Below are positions 18,948-28,058 of a stretch of 64,000 nt of DNA, piece by piece. Every line of letters starts with the position of its first letter. Positions within the stretch are counted from its first letter, which is position 1. Both the position numbers and the translations under genes were made by a program. The notes beneath the pieces were generated by a model that saw only the letters and a program-made list of their open reading frames with translations, was not told the origin of the DNA and ran no database searches. The stretch is taken from positions 3,161,532 through 3,225,531 of the forward strand of contig CP070695.1 of the NCBI GenBank assembly GCA_020353515.1, read 5' to 3'. The DNA is from Candidatus Heimdallarchaeota archaeon (GTDB taxonomy: Archaea > Asgardarchaeota > Heimdallarchaeia > Hodarchaeales > Hodarchaeaceae).

Positions 18948-21458
18948 ATGAGTCTCAAACAAGTTCAAAAATCTCTCTGGTCAAATAAAATCGACCAAGC
19001 TCTCCATATGATTGAAGATCTACAAGATAAAGATAAAATAAATGGTTTAATTTATAAAAGCCTCATACTAGCTCAAAAACGAGAGATTACTAACGCTTTA
19101 TCAATCGTTGGAGAAATTTTGAATAAAAAAGAGATCTCATTAAGCCTTACACAAGAATTTGGTGCTAAATTAGCGAAGATATCAGCATTAATGAGGGGTA
19201 ACCAATTTTTTGAAGCATTCGAGGAAATTGATGTTTGCTCCGAATTATTAACCCAGTTGGATCTCGCTGAATTTAAAGACTGGGAAGGGATGTTCTTAAT
19301 GATCAAAGCAGGATTTCAAATGATGGGAGGTGATATTAAGCAAGCTATTGCGAACTTTCAAAAAAGTTTGACACTATTTACCGATATCCGATATTACAAA
19401 GAAATACACAATCAATTGAACAATCTGGGTTGGATTTACCGAGTTCAGGGTAAATTAGATCAAGCACACTATGCTTTTCATAAACAATTGGAATTTAATC
19501 AAGAGAGTAATGATGAGAAAAGTATTACATGGTCTAAATTTAATCTTGCGTACATTCATTTTTACAAAGGAGAGTTAACTCAAGCAGCTGATTATGCACA
19601 AGAAAGTTTGGCTTCTTTCGAGGAATTAGGAAGCCATACTGGCCTTTCTTATATCTATACAGTGATTGGCTCAATTCATAGAGGGAAAGGGGAATTAGAG
19701 AAAGGTCTTGACTACTATAACAAAGCTCTAGGGATTTATGACACTCATTTAGAAGAGCACCGACCTGTTCCCCACTCCGTATGTGTTGGTTTTCGAGACT
19801 TGGGAATTGTGTATTTCCACAAAAATAGAATTGAGCAATCAACGGAGTATTTCAAGAAAGCAATCGAAACACACAACTCTTTATGTCTGTTTAAGAACAC
19901 TTTCAATGACTTTGAACTTGCAGTGTCAAATTATTTTTTGATTTCTATCTCTATTGATTCTGGGTTTCCTAATCCTGTAGATGATTTTCTAAAAGAGATT
20001 AACCAGCTCACTACCCGCTGGCCTTGGTTGAAACTATTCAGTAAAGCAGGTGAAGCTGTAATATTAAAGAATCGGCCACGAGCTATAGATAAGATTAAAG
20101 CTCAACAATTATTCCAAGAACTTCTGGGAGAGCGTTTTGATTATGAATTAGAATTCAATATTCAAGTAAACTTATGTGAATTGCTCCTAGACGAGTTAAA
20201 ATTTTACGGGGAAGAAGAAGTTATACAAGAAATCCAAAGTTTATTAACTCGAATCTCAAATACTGCCAAGAATCAACGTTCTATTACTACTTTAGTTATT
20301 TTGTATTCTCTTCAGGCAAAATTAGCATTGATTGAGGGAAATATCGAGTATGCAAAGAGTCTATTAACTCAAGCATTCTTACTTGCAAATGAAAAAGGAT
20401 TAGAATTCCTTTCAATTCAGATTAAGAAACAACAAGATCTTCTTATCAGTCAATTAGAGGAATGGAGGCAGTTATTAGTCCGGAATTCATCTATCCAAGA
20501 GAAATTTGAACTGTTGGATCTTAAGAAGTATATAGCTGGGGCGATAAACGACGTTCTTGAGAAGAAATTCCAACCGATAAAGAAATTCGAATTAATCTAC
20601 AAAGACCTGCTTCAAGCAGATCCCAAAATACCAAAAAGACAATGTAGAGTCGGTGTCGCTCAAATTGGTGTTTCTCAGAGTGGTGATATTCTATCAGATT
20701 TCTATTATGAAAAATCATCTGGTTTTTTTCGTCTTAAAGAGGAAAAGGTTCATACTGTCCTAGTTACAGTTAAAACCTTGGTAGAAGCCGCTTCTAGCAA
20801 TGGTGTTAATATTTTACTCTTTCCAGAACTAGCCATTGATCTTAATTACCCTCAGCTTTCAAATGCTCTTCTAGATATGGCAAAACAATATGATTTGTAT
20901 ATTGTTCCTGGTTCGTACCATAATCAAAACACAAGACAGAATGTAAGCTTGGTTATCAGTCCAAACGGAGTCTTATGGGAACAAGAAAAACATATTCCAG
21001 CAATAATTCATTTTGGTACCAAGCGAGTTAAAGAATCAATAAATATTAGTAAATACCCTCGTAGAACCATTGTTTGTAATACGGAGTATGGAAGGATAGC
21101 AATTGTTATTTGTCGTGATTTTCTTGATCTAGATTTGAGGGTTGAGTTGAAAAACTTTGATCCTCCAATTGATATTTTATTCAATCCAGCTTTCACCCCT
21201 GTAGCGGCTGATTTCCGTGCTGCTCATTTTGATGCTCGGAGATCCATTTATTCTTATTGTTTTTTCGCAAATATTGCTGAATTTGGTGAATCTCTAATTT
21301 ATACTCCTGAAAAAGAGCGAACCGAACAAAGAATCCTTCCTAAAGAGGAAAAACTTATCTATAAAGACGTTAATATTTTTAAACTACGTTCAGAACGAAA
21401 AAAGTGGGAATTGGAACAAAAGAAAGACAGGCCTTTCATACAGAGTACTAAATACTAA
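18948..21458 (+). CDS. TPR-repeat protein with a C-terminal carbon-nitrogen hydrolase (nitrilase-fold) domain
   Basis: TPR helices (LNNLGWIYRVQG, IGSIHRGKGE); VGVAQI, LFPEL, QEKHIP and VICRDF give an E-K-C triad. Confidence 0.88.
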   Translation: MSLKQVQKSLWSNKIDQALHMIEDLQDKDKINGLIYKSLILAQKREITNALSIVGEILNKKEISLSLTQEFGAKLAKISALMRGNQFFEAFEEIDVCSELLTQLDLAEFKDWEGMFLMIKAGFQMMGGDIKQAIANFQKSLTLFTDIRYYKEIHNQLNNLGWIYRVQGKLDQAHYAFHKQLEFNQESNDEKSITWSKFNLAYIHFYKGELTQAADYAQESLASFEELGSHTGLSYIYTVIGSIHRGKGELEKGLDYYNKALGIYDTHLEEHRPVPHSVCVGFRDLGIVYFHKNRIEQSTEYFKKAIETHNSLCLFKNTFNDFELAVSNYFLISISIDSGFPNPVDDFLKEINQLTTRWPWLKLFSKAGEAVILKNRPRAIDKIKAQQLFQELLGERFDYELEFNIQVNLCELLLDELKFYGEEEVIQEIQSLLTRISNTAKNQRSITTLVILYSLQAKLALIEGNIEYAKSLLTQAFLLANEKGLEFLSIQIKKQQDLLISQLEEWRQLLVRNSSIQEKFELLDLKKYIAGAINDVLEKKFQPIKKFELIYKDLLQADPKIPKRQCRVGVAQIGVSQSGDILSDFYYEKSSGFFRLKEEKVHTVLVTVKTLVEAASSNGVNILLFPELAIDLNYPQLSNALLDMAKQYDLYIVPGSYHNQNTRQNVSLVISPNGVLWEQEKHIPAIIHFGTKRVKESINISKYPRRTIVCNTEYGRIAIVICRDFLDLDLRVELKNFDPPIDILFNPAFTPVAADFRAAHFDARRSIYSYCFFANIAEFGESLIYTPEKERTEQRILPKEEKLIYKDVNIFKLRSERKKWELEQKKDRPFIQSTKY

Positions 21459-21644
21459 TATCTCTCCTCAGATAAGAATTTTAGACAATTACATTATTCA
21501 CAGATCAATTTCAAAAGAGTAGGCTTTTATTGATATATCTTCTGCATTTTAAAGAATGTAAAAGCTCCCAAGATCGGAACAATGAAGGTTTTTACAAAAG
21601 TAAATATACAAGATACCCCACTCAACGGGTCTCCCATCCATGAT

Positions 21645-21698
21645 TCCTATCAGCAGTTGTATTTCAACCCCATTCAGGAGATCCTGACCAAAGATTGA
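21645..21698 (+). repeat. Orphan copy of the last 17 codons + stop of the HerA-like ATPase (7732-7785)
   Basis: SYQQLYFNPIQEILTKD* vs SYHQLYFNPIQEILTKD*; 48/54 nt identical. Confidence 0.92.
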
Positions 21699-21713
21699 CC
21701 CCTTATAAGGAAT

Positions 21714-21953
21714 TTACCTATCTTTTATGTTCGTTCCTTGGAGCTCAGGATATCTTCGATTGAAACATTTGAAACAGTGTATCTTTCCTTCTTTCACCCG
21801 AGACGGTGCCGCAACCGTAAAACAACAGACAAAAAACCGTAAAATTTTATCCCATTGAGTTATTTTTCTCCGTATATCTTTGGCACAGATATATCTCCCA
21901 CACAGAACACATTTTACCTCAGCATCTTCTCTCTTGTGGTAGTAACATTTCAC
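21714..21953 (-). CDS. B-box-like zinc finger protein, paralog of 9974-10342
   Basis: CYYH..CVLC..CAKD..FFVCCF..HCFKC; ends LQGTNIKDR vs LQGTGVKDN. Confidence 0.78.
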   Translation of the reverse strand: MKCYYHKREDAEVKCVLCGRYICAKDIRRKITQWDKILRFFVCCFTVAAPSRVKEGKIHCFKCFNRRYPELQGTNIKDR

Positions 21954-21982
21954 TGAATTAAAATAGGAACGTCCCTACTCTT

Positions 21983-22885
21983 TCAGATCGATTTAAGATC
22001 TCGTAATTTTCGTGCAAATACACCAAAGCTCCCAAGGGAACCAACCACAATGAGTAACCATAGGAGAAAATGCAGGTCTACTCCTGTGATGAAAATCGTC
22101 TCGACTTTATGGGCTCCCGCGAGTCCACTCCACCAGTAGGAATAAGCAATGACGTCGGTCATTACGTGTGCCACCATACCTGGAATCAAGGAATTGCTAG
22201 CTTTCGCGAGGACTCCAAATAACACGCCCGCAAGGATGAGGACTACAATTGCGGGTGGGGCCCACACTTGATTAAAATGGGAAACGGTAAAGAGGAGCGC
22301 CACGATCCCAATGGCTATTGTCGATCCATAGCGCCTCTCAAGTGGGACTTGCATATAACCCCTAAAGCCTACCTCCTCAAAAATACCTGCTGCAAGAGCT
22401 GCACAGCCTATAAACCCAATGACAGCCCAGCTGGGATAGAGGTGAAAATTATACCCTAAATCGAATGTTTCAGCTGGAAAATCTACCAATCGAAAGGTCA
22501 GTACCATAACCGCTTGTATCCCGACCACTACCGTGATGACTGCTAATGCACTCCAGTTTCTCGCTTCCCTCAACAAATGACCTGATCGAAAATTGTCTCT
22601 TCGAACCTTGATCGTGGATTTCGGCCCCCAGTTCCCGCTAAAGTATTTTAAATAGACCCAAAAAACCCCAATCATGGTGATAAATGAGAAGGGTATTGGT
22701 ATCAAGGATATGATTATTAACCAAATTCCTGTACCGATCCCATAAACAATAGTCCCGAGAATTAATGCTTGAACCCACACGGGTAAGTTCAGCCAAACTT
22801 GGCCAACTATTTCCCTTTTTCGTACAAGTACTCTTTCTGTACTGCCCGGATTTTCGTTGAGAGGTTTTTCATTTCTAAATTCCAT
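21983..22885 (-). CDS. CPBP/Abi (type II CAAX) intramembrane protease
   Basis: EEVGFRG, FTVSH, AHVMTD; multiple TM helices. Confidence 0.92.
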   Translation of the reverse strand: MEFRNEKPLNENPGSTERVLVRKREIVGQVWLNLPVWVQALILGTIVYGIGTGIWLIIISLIPIPFSFITMIGVFWVYLKYFSGNWGPKSTIKVRRDNFRSGHLLREARNWSALAVITVVVGIQAVMVLTFRLVDFPAETFDLGYNFHLYPSWAVIGFIGCAALAAGIFEEVGFRGYMQVPLERRYGSTIAIGIVALLFTVSHFNQVWAPPAIVVLILAGVLFGVLAKASNSLIPGMVAHVMTDVIAYSYWWSGLAGAHKVETIFITGVDLHFLLWLLIVVGSLGSFGVFARKLRDLKSI

Positions 22886-23196
22886 AACATTTCTTCCTCA
22901 TTTTCCGAATATTATTTCCTCTAATCATTAGATTGGTATTTAAATTAGAGACGTTAAAGCTTAGCTGATCTAGAATGTCAGAATATGGTGAAAATGTCTT
23001 CAACTTCTCTTACAGCCCTTGTAATTAACTGTTCTAAACTGTTTCAAAACGTTGAATTGTTACTTTTCAAATGTATCTTGAAACGTTATTATAAAATAGG
23101 TTTATGATTAAGGCAGATAATGCTCAAGTTTCTTCCCCAATTTCGCCCAGAAATCTATTTCCGTCTAGTATGCCATCTCCAAAAATAAGGAGAGAC

Positions 23197-23843
23197 GACG
23201 ATCCCGAATTCCCTGGAGTACTAACAGAACCACAAGAATATCCAAATCTTCGTTTGAATGATCCAAATGTAAAGAATCTTACTCCTTCAGATGTTGCAGA
23301 TAAGGTCATCGGCGGGATAAACACTGGCCATGAGTTGTCCAAGAGAATTCAAAATGTTTCAGGGAATTTAAATATTAAAGATGGAATAACGTTATTTCAA
23401 TCCTCGGAGGGACTAGAGGATGTCACACCGACCACTGAACTAACTACGACAATAAACATCATGGATGTGGTTATCACTTTTATGGATCTCCTTTTCCTCT
23501 TCCTTTCTCGATAAAGGTACATCCAGGCCAAAAAACCAAAAATCAATTGATTGAAGAAATGGATGACGGTCTTCTTGTAACTAACTTGCATTACACTAAC
23601 TACATCGATATCCCACGAGGGACTGAAACGGGCATGACAAAAGATGGGTTGTTCATTGTAAAAAATGGAGAGGTAATTGGGGCTGCTAAAAACATGCGTT
23701 TTACTGATAATTTCCTAAATCTTTTCTCACAGATGGAGTTATCTCGGGAAACTTTTCAAGCTGTGACGTGGTTGGAAATGGCTTTGACAGTTCCAGCAAT
23801 AAGAATCAATTCAATGAATTTTTCTAGCAGGACGAAGCATTGA
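23197..23843 (+). pseudogene. TldD/PmbA-family relic, 5'-truncated and internally deleted
   Basis: DPEFPG..SSEG central region joined out of frame at about 23462 to HPGQKTKNQLIEEMDDGLLVTNLHY..TGMTKDGLFIVKNGE..NMRFTDN. Confidence 0.85.
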
Positions 23844-24079
23844 TAGTGTATTATATCACAAGAAGAAAAATAGAGAAAATAAAAGGCATATCCAAAAAAT
23901 CCAAATCAAACTATTGAGGATAATTGCCTCTCAAACCAAGATGATGATTGAAATTAATGACAATCACAATTCCTCTTATACAGGAGATCTACCTAATTAG
24001 TGAAGATTTTAAATTCCTTACTGAATCCGAACCCACGTAAGAAAATATGTAATGTCAGAAAATCTGGGAAGAATCAACC

Positions 24080-24607
24080 ATGGTTGACAAATATTTATTC
24101 AAATTTTGTGCTATTGGGTCTGGTAATGTTGGAAAAACCTCTTTGATAAGGAGGTTTGCAACAGGGAAATTTACGGAAGGAATATATCACCCTACTCTAG
24201 GAGTTGATATCACTACTTCCAAGCACCTTTCTGTCGATAATAAACTCGTTGATCTACTCCTTGTAGATACTGCGGGGCAAGAATATTTTAGCAAATTACG
24301 ACCAGAATATTATCGTGGAGCTTCAGCTTGTCTCATTGTGTTTGCTCTTAATGAAAGGCCATCATTTGAAGCTATCCCAGATTGGCTGGCAGAATTTCGG
24401 AAGTACATCCCTCAATCTTCAGTTCCAATTGCCTTGGTAGGTAATAAGAAAGACCTTGATGACCAACGGCAAGTTTCTACCGAAGAGGCTTATTCATGGG
24501 CAGAAGCCAAAGATATGACTTATCATGAGACTTCCGCAAAATTAGGGGGCCTTGATATTAAGGAAATATTTACGGGGTTAATAAGACGCATTTTTCAAGA
24601 GAACTAA
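24080..24607 (+). CDS. Rab-like small GTPase
   Basis: GSGNVGKTS, PTLGVD, DTAGQE, NKKD, ETSAK. Confidence 0.95.
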   Translation: MVDKYLFKFCAIGSGNVGKTSLIRRFATGKFTEGIYHPTLGVDITTSKHLSVDNKLVDLLLVDTAGQEYFSKLRPEYYRGASACLIVFALNERPSFEAIPDWLAEFRKYIPQSSVPIALVGNKKDLDDQRQVSTEEAYSWAEAKDMTYHETSAKLGGLDIKEIFTGLIRRIFQEN

Positions 24608-24657
24608 CAAATAACACACTTATGAAGATGAGGAATTGAAAAAAGGAGTAGATGACA

Positions 24658-25482
24658 TTATTTAATTTTATCTAAAAACCATTTTATTTTATCAATACAG
24701 TGAAGAGTTGTTTTCCAAGTAATTGGTATCTGTGATTCGATATAAAGCCTTAATTCAAGAAGTAGTGTTATTAAAGTTTGACATGCTGTTATCAGTGATT
24801 CTTTTTGGGGAAGGGGAAAGAGTTTTCCTAGGTTTTCTAAGTCATCTTTTTCGAAGAGAAACTCCAATCGTCTCGTGTCGAACTTCATTTCATACTGAAA
24901 ATAGGCAATCCATTTTTCTACAATCCCTCGCAACCAGGAAAATTCTGCTGCAATGGCATAATATTCTCCTCTGGCTATATGGACATAACTATAAAACAAC
25001 CAGGCCCAAACCCGTTCATCATCATGGATAATTTCCGCTACATTAATCTCAGGTTTCTTCTGTTCTTTGTGAAACAGCTTATTGCTATTTTCACACCAAG
25101 TTTTCAATTCTTGTTCTTTATAATAATCCAGAAGAAACGGAGCTCCTTCAGGGGGAGGAAGGGAATCCTTTGTATATAACGCTAGATCCACTTTGATGTC
25201 AGGTTCAAAAAGAATAATGATAAAATGTTCTTTCACATGATCAGCATCAAACCTATGAAACCATGTGGGTAGTTCCCAATCCCAGCGTTCTTCCCAGAAT
25301 TTTTCTAAGCTTTCAGTTGATTCAAAGACAATTCCCATGTCAATATCACTATATTGATCCATCGTATCAACAGCACTACTCCCGCTTAGAAAAATACCCG
25401 TGATAAAAGGAAAAGACGAGAAATAGCGCTGTAAATCCGCATAAATTCGTGAATGTTCGGAAAATGAATGTATTGTAACCAT
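24658..25482 (-). CDS. Nucleotidyltransferase (aminoglycoside/lincosamide adenylyltransferase-like)
   Basis: LSGSSA..DQYSDID..KVDL pol-beta motif; helical C-terminal domain (ARGE). Confidence 0.8.
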   Translation of the reverse strand: MVTIHSFSEHSRIYADLQRYFSSFPFITGIFLSGSSAVDTMDQYSDIDMGIVFESTESLEKFWEERWDWELPTWFHRFDADHVKEHFIIILFEPDIKVDLALYTKDSLPPPEGAPFLLDYYKEQELKTWCENSNKLFHKEQKKPEINVAEIIHDDERVWAWLFYSYVHIARGEYYAIAAEFSWLRGIVEKWIAYFQYEMKFDTRRLEFLFEKDDLENLGKLFPLPQKESLITACQTLITLLLELRLYIESQIPITWKTTLHCIDKIKWFLDKIK

Positions 25483-25572
25483 TGCTAAAAACCAGTTTAA
25501 CCTATAGACTCTTCATAACCTGTAACTCCCCGTATTTTTGAAATGCTGTCGTAGAGAGGCGTCCTCCTCAGC

Positions 25573-27720
25573 TCAGATTGCTCTCCCTCTGGGCCAATAA
25601 TCCTGAATGATCTCTTTCAGGACAGCCGCAAGTTCTTCATCAATAGTAGCAATAATGGGAATTTTTTCATCTTTCCCCGAACCAATACTGATCTCTTCTG
25701 TACCATCTCGTGCAATGGCATAGACATGTCCTAGATCATCAAGATTCTTCAGATGGACATTATCTATATCACTTAGTTCCTGTACATTGTCAGAGGATTT
25801 AATCTGGGTTAAAATCTGAATCCGAGGTCGTGTTATCTGCTTTATCGCTTCAATTGGGAGGAGGGAAATGCTAGGGAGGATTATCTGAATGGTGCTTTTG
25901 GTTCGAGCCAACATTGCTTCAAGTATTCTAGTTATACCTTCTAAGGATTCAATTTGAAGATATGTGTGTTCGATTTGTTCAATTGGGAGCTCTAACGCCA
26001 TGGTGTTGATATCACGCAATACATTAACTATTTCTTGACCTTGAGCCAGGCCCTTTGAAAATCTATCTGGAATTGCCTCAATAGATTGGTTCAAATTCGT
26101 GGATATTGAATTGTTAGCATCTGTTATTGAGTCATTAATTTCTGTTTCAAGATTTAGTTGAATGTTATCTAATGTCGTTGTTAAATCCCCAACCTCAGAA
26201 TCTATTGAGGAGAAAATAGTAGAGAGATTCTTTTCTATTATCTCGAAATAGGTTGTTCCTGATTCAATTAGAGTGTTTTTTATTGTGGCTAAACAGTCAT
26301 TGACATTTTGGATTATTCGATCAACCAATCTCTGGGTTTCAATGTTGATTTGAGTGAAAAAAGTTTGTAACACTTGATCAATTGTAGTCAGATACTGGGT
26401 GTTCCTTTCAGCCAAAAGCTCGGATAACTGACTTATTTGGTGATATGTGGTAATCCTTTGTTGCAAAGATGAATTTCGGATTCTCTGTGAAACAGATTGC
26501 AAAGTAGAAATGGTATTTTGGTATGAATTGTTTATTACTTCAGCTAAATCATTTTTGATTTCGCTTAGAAAATGTTGAAATTCCAGATTTTGTTTATTTA
26601 AGTTTGACGTCACAGTTTCAGCTAAAGATGAACTATTTTGCTCTGAACTTTGAATTATATTTTCAATTTGATTCTCAATATCTTTATACGAGGTGTCAAT
26701 CTCTTCTATTGAAAGGTCTACTATTTTTCCTACAGCTTCGAATCCGCTTTTTCCAAGTGATACTCGTTTACTTAACCGGTTATTCACTTCGTCTTGAATT
26801 TCCACAAAACGACTCTTAATTTTATTCATAGCTCCTTTAAAGGTCCTGTCTAAGAGGTTGAAATCATTGGAATGTCGAGCGGTGAACTCTTCTACTAGTT
26901 TAGGAAATTGATCACTGAATTCTAGGATCGTTTTTTCGTATTCATTTCCAGTTTTATCAACAAATTCAGTTGAAGCTTGTAGTTTTTCTTCCCGTTGTTC
27001 TTGAGCGGGTTGGATTCTAGCCTCTATTTCTTCGATGCTTTGATTGATCCAGTCTTCAAATTTATTTGAAAATTCTTCTTTCTTTTCATCTGTTATTTTA
27101 TTAATAAAATCTTGTAATTGGTCCTGAAAATCGGAATGAATCTTTCGCTGTTCCTCTGTTAGATTTAACATATCTTTGTCTAATACAGATTGTAGAGATA
27201 GACTAAATGTATGACCACAAATTTCAATGGTATCATTATGGACTTGGGTGTTTTTCTCTATTTCTCCTTCAAGTCTTTCCTCCTCGGATTTAAGTGTACC
27301 GTCTACCTGATTAATAAACCGCTCAAGACTTGAAGATGTTTCTTTTTTAAATGCTAATAGTTGCTTAACACCTTCTTGGAACTGAGTGATTATCGATTGT
27401 AAGGTTACTTGCCCTTGTTCCCAATGTGAGTTGATCTCATCCTTATACTCTGCGGTGGTTGTCTCTACTTGATGATCTATTTCTTGACTCATGGCTACTG
27501 GAGGTACTAAGGCATGATATTGAGGTACTTTCCCAGGAATAATTCGAATGAATTTCTTTTTCTCTAATGATTTAAGAAGGTTTTCCACTTGAAGAGGGGC
27601 AAGCTTCTCCGTTAATAATGCTATTTCTTCTTTAGTTCGAACCATCTTTGAGGCCATGATAGTATAGATCTGACCCTCCTCAACTGAAAGTCCTAGTTTT
27701 TTATATACTTCTGATGACAT
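25573..27720 (-). CDS. TrmB-like wHTH + long coiled-coil + TrmB-like C-terminal domain
   Basis: KLGLSVEEGQIY..LKSLEKKKFI..PQYHALVPP N-terminus; about 500 aa E/Q/I/L-rich helical region; C-terminal alpha/beta domain (AIARDGTEE). Confidence 0.75.
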   Translation of the reverse strand: MSSEVYKKLGLSVEEGQIYTIMASKMVRTKEEIALLTEKLAPLQVENLLKSLEKKKFIRIIPGKVPQYHALVPPVAMSQEIDHQVETTTAEYKDEINSHWEQGQVTLQSIITQFQEGVKQLLAFKKETSSSLERFINQVDGTLKSEEERLEGEIEKNTQVHNDTIEICGHTFSLSLQSVLDKDMLNLTEEQRKIHSDFQDQLQDFINKITDEKKEEFSNKFEDWINQSIEEIEARIQPAQEQREEKLQASTEFVDKTGNEYEKTILEFSDQFPKLVEEFTARHSNDFNLLDRTFKGAMNKIKSRFVEIQDEVNNRLSKRVSLGKSGFEAVGKIVDLSIEEIDTSYKDIENQIENIIQSSEQNSSSLAETVTSNLNKQNLEFQHFLSEIKNDLAEVINNSYQNTISTLQSVSQRIRNSSLQQRITTYHQISQLSELLAERNTQYLTTIDQVLQTFFTQINIETQRLVDRIIQNVNDCLATIKNTLIESGTTYFEIIEKNLSTIFSSIDSEVGDLTTTLDNIQLNLETEINDSITDANNSISTNLNQSIEAIPDRFSKGLAQGQEIVNVLRDINTMALELPIEQIEHTYLQIESLEGITRILEAMLARTKSTIQIILPSISLLPIEAIKQITRPRIQILTQIKSSDNVQELSDIDNVHLKNLDDLGHVYAIARDGTEEISIGSGKDEKIPIIATIDEELAAVLKEIIQDYWPRGRAI

Positions 27721-28058
27721 TTTTCTCCTCTCAGAGACAATTTTTTCAAATACAAGGTCCTATTAACAACATTATTATATGTTGCTTTAAAATAACTTCT
27801 CATTTTTGTGTAATGAGCAAAAGTAAAAGAGTTTTTACTCAGTGCTTTTTACTTTTTGAGTTCAACACCCCAGCTTATAATCTCTAAACAAGAATTAGTT
27901 TCAAATATACTGTGAATGATGGAATTATATCTGAGCTCTTTCTTCTAGAGCAGATGGTTCATAAGCGGATGTTTCAGATTGAGGAGGAAATCAATCAGTA
28001 CGTTACAAAAGCCCAGCTGCTAATAGAAAGATGGGAAAAAGATTCGGAATTCGAGTCT

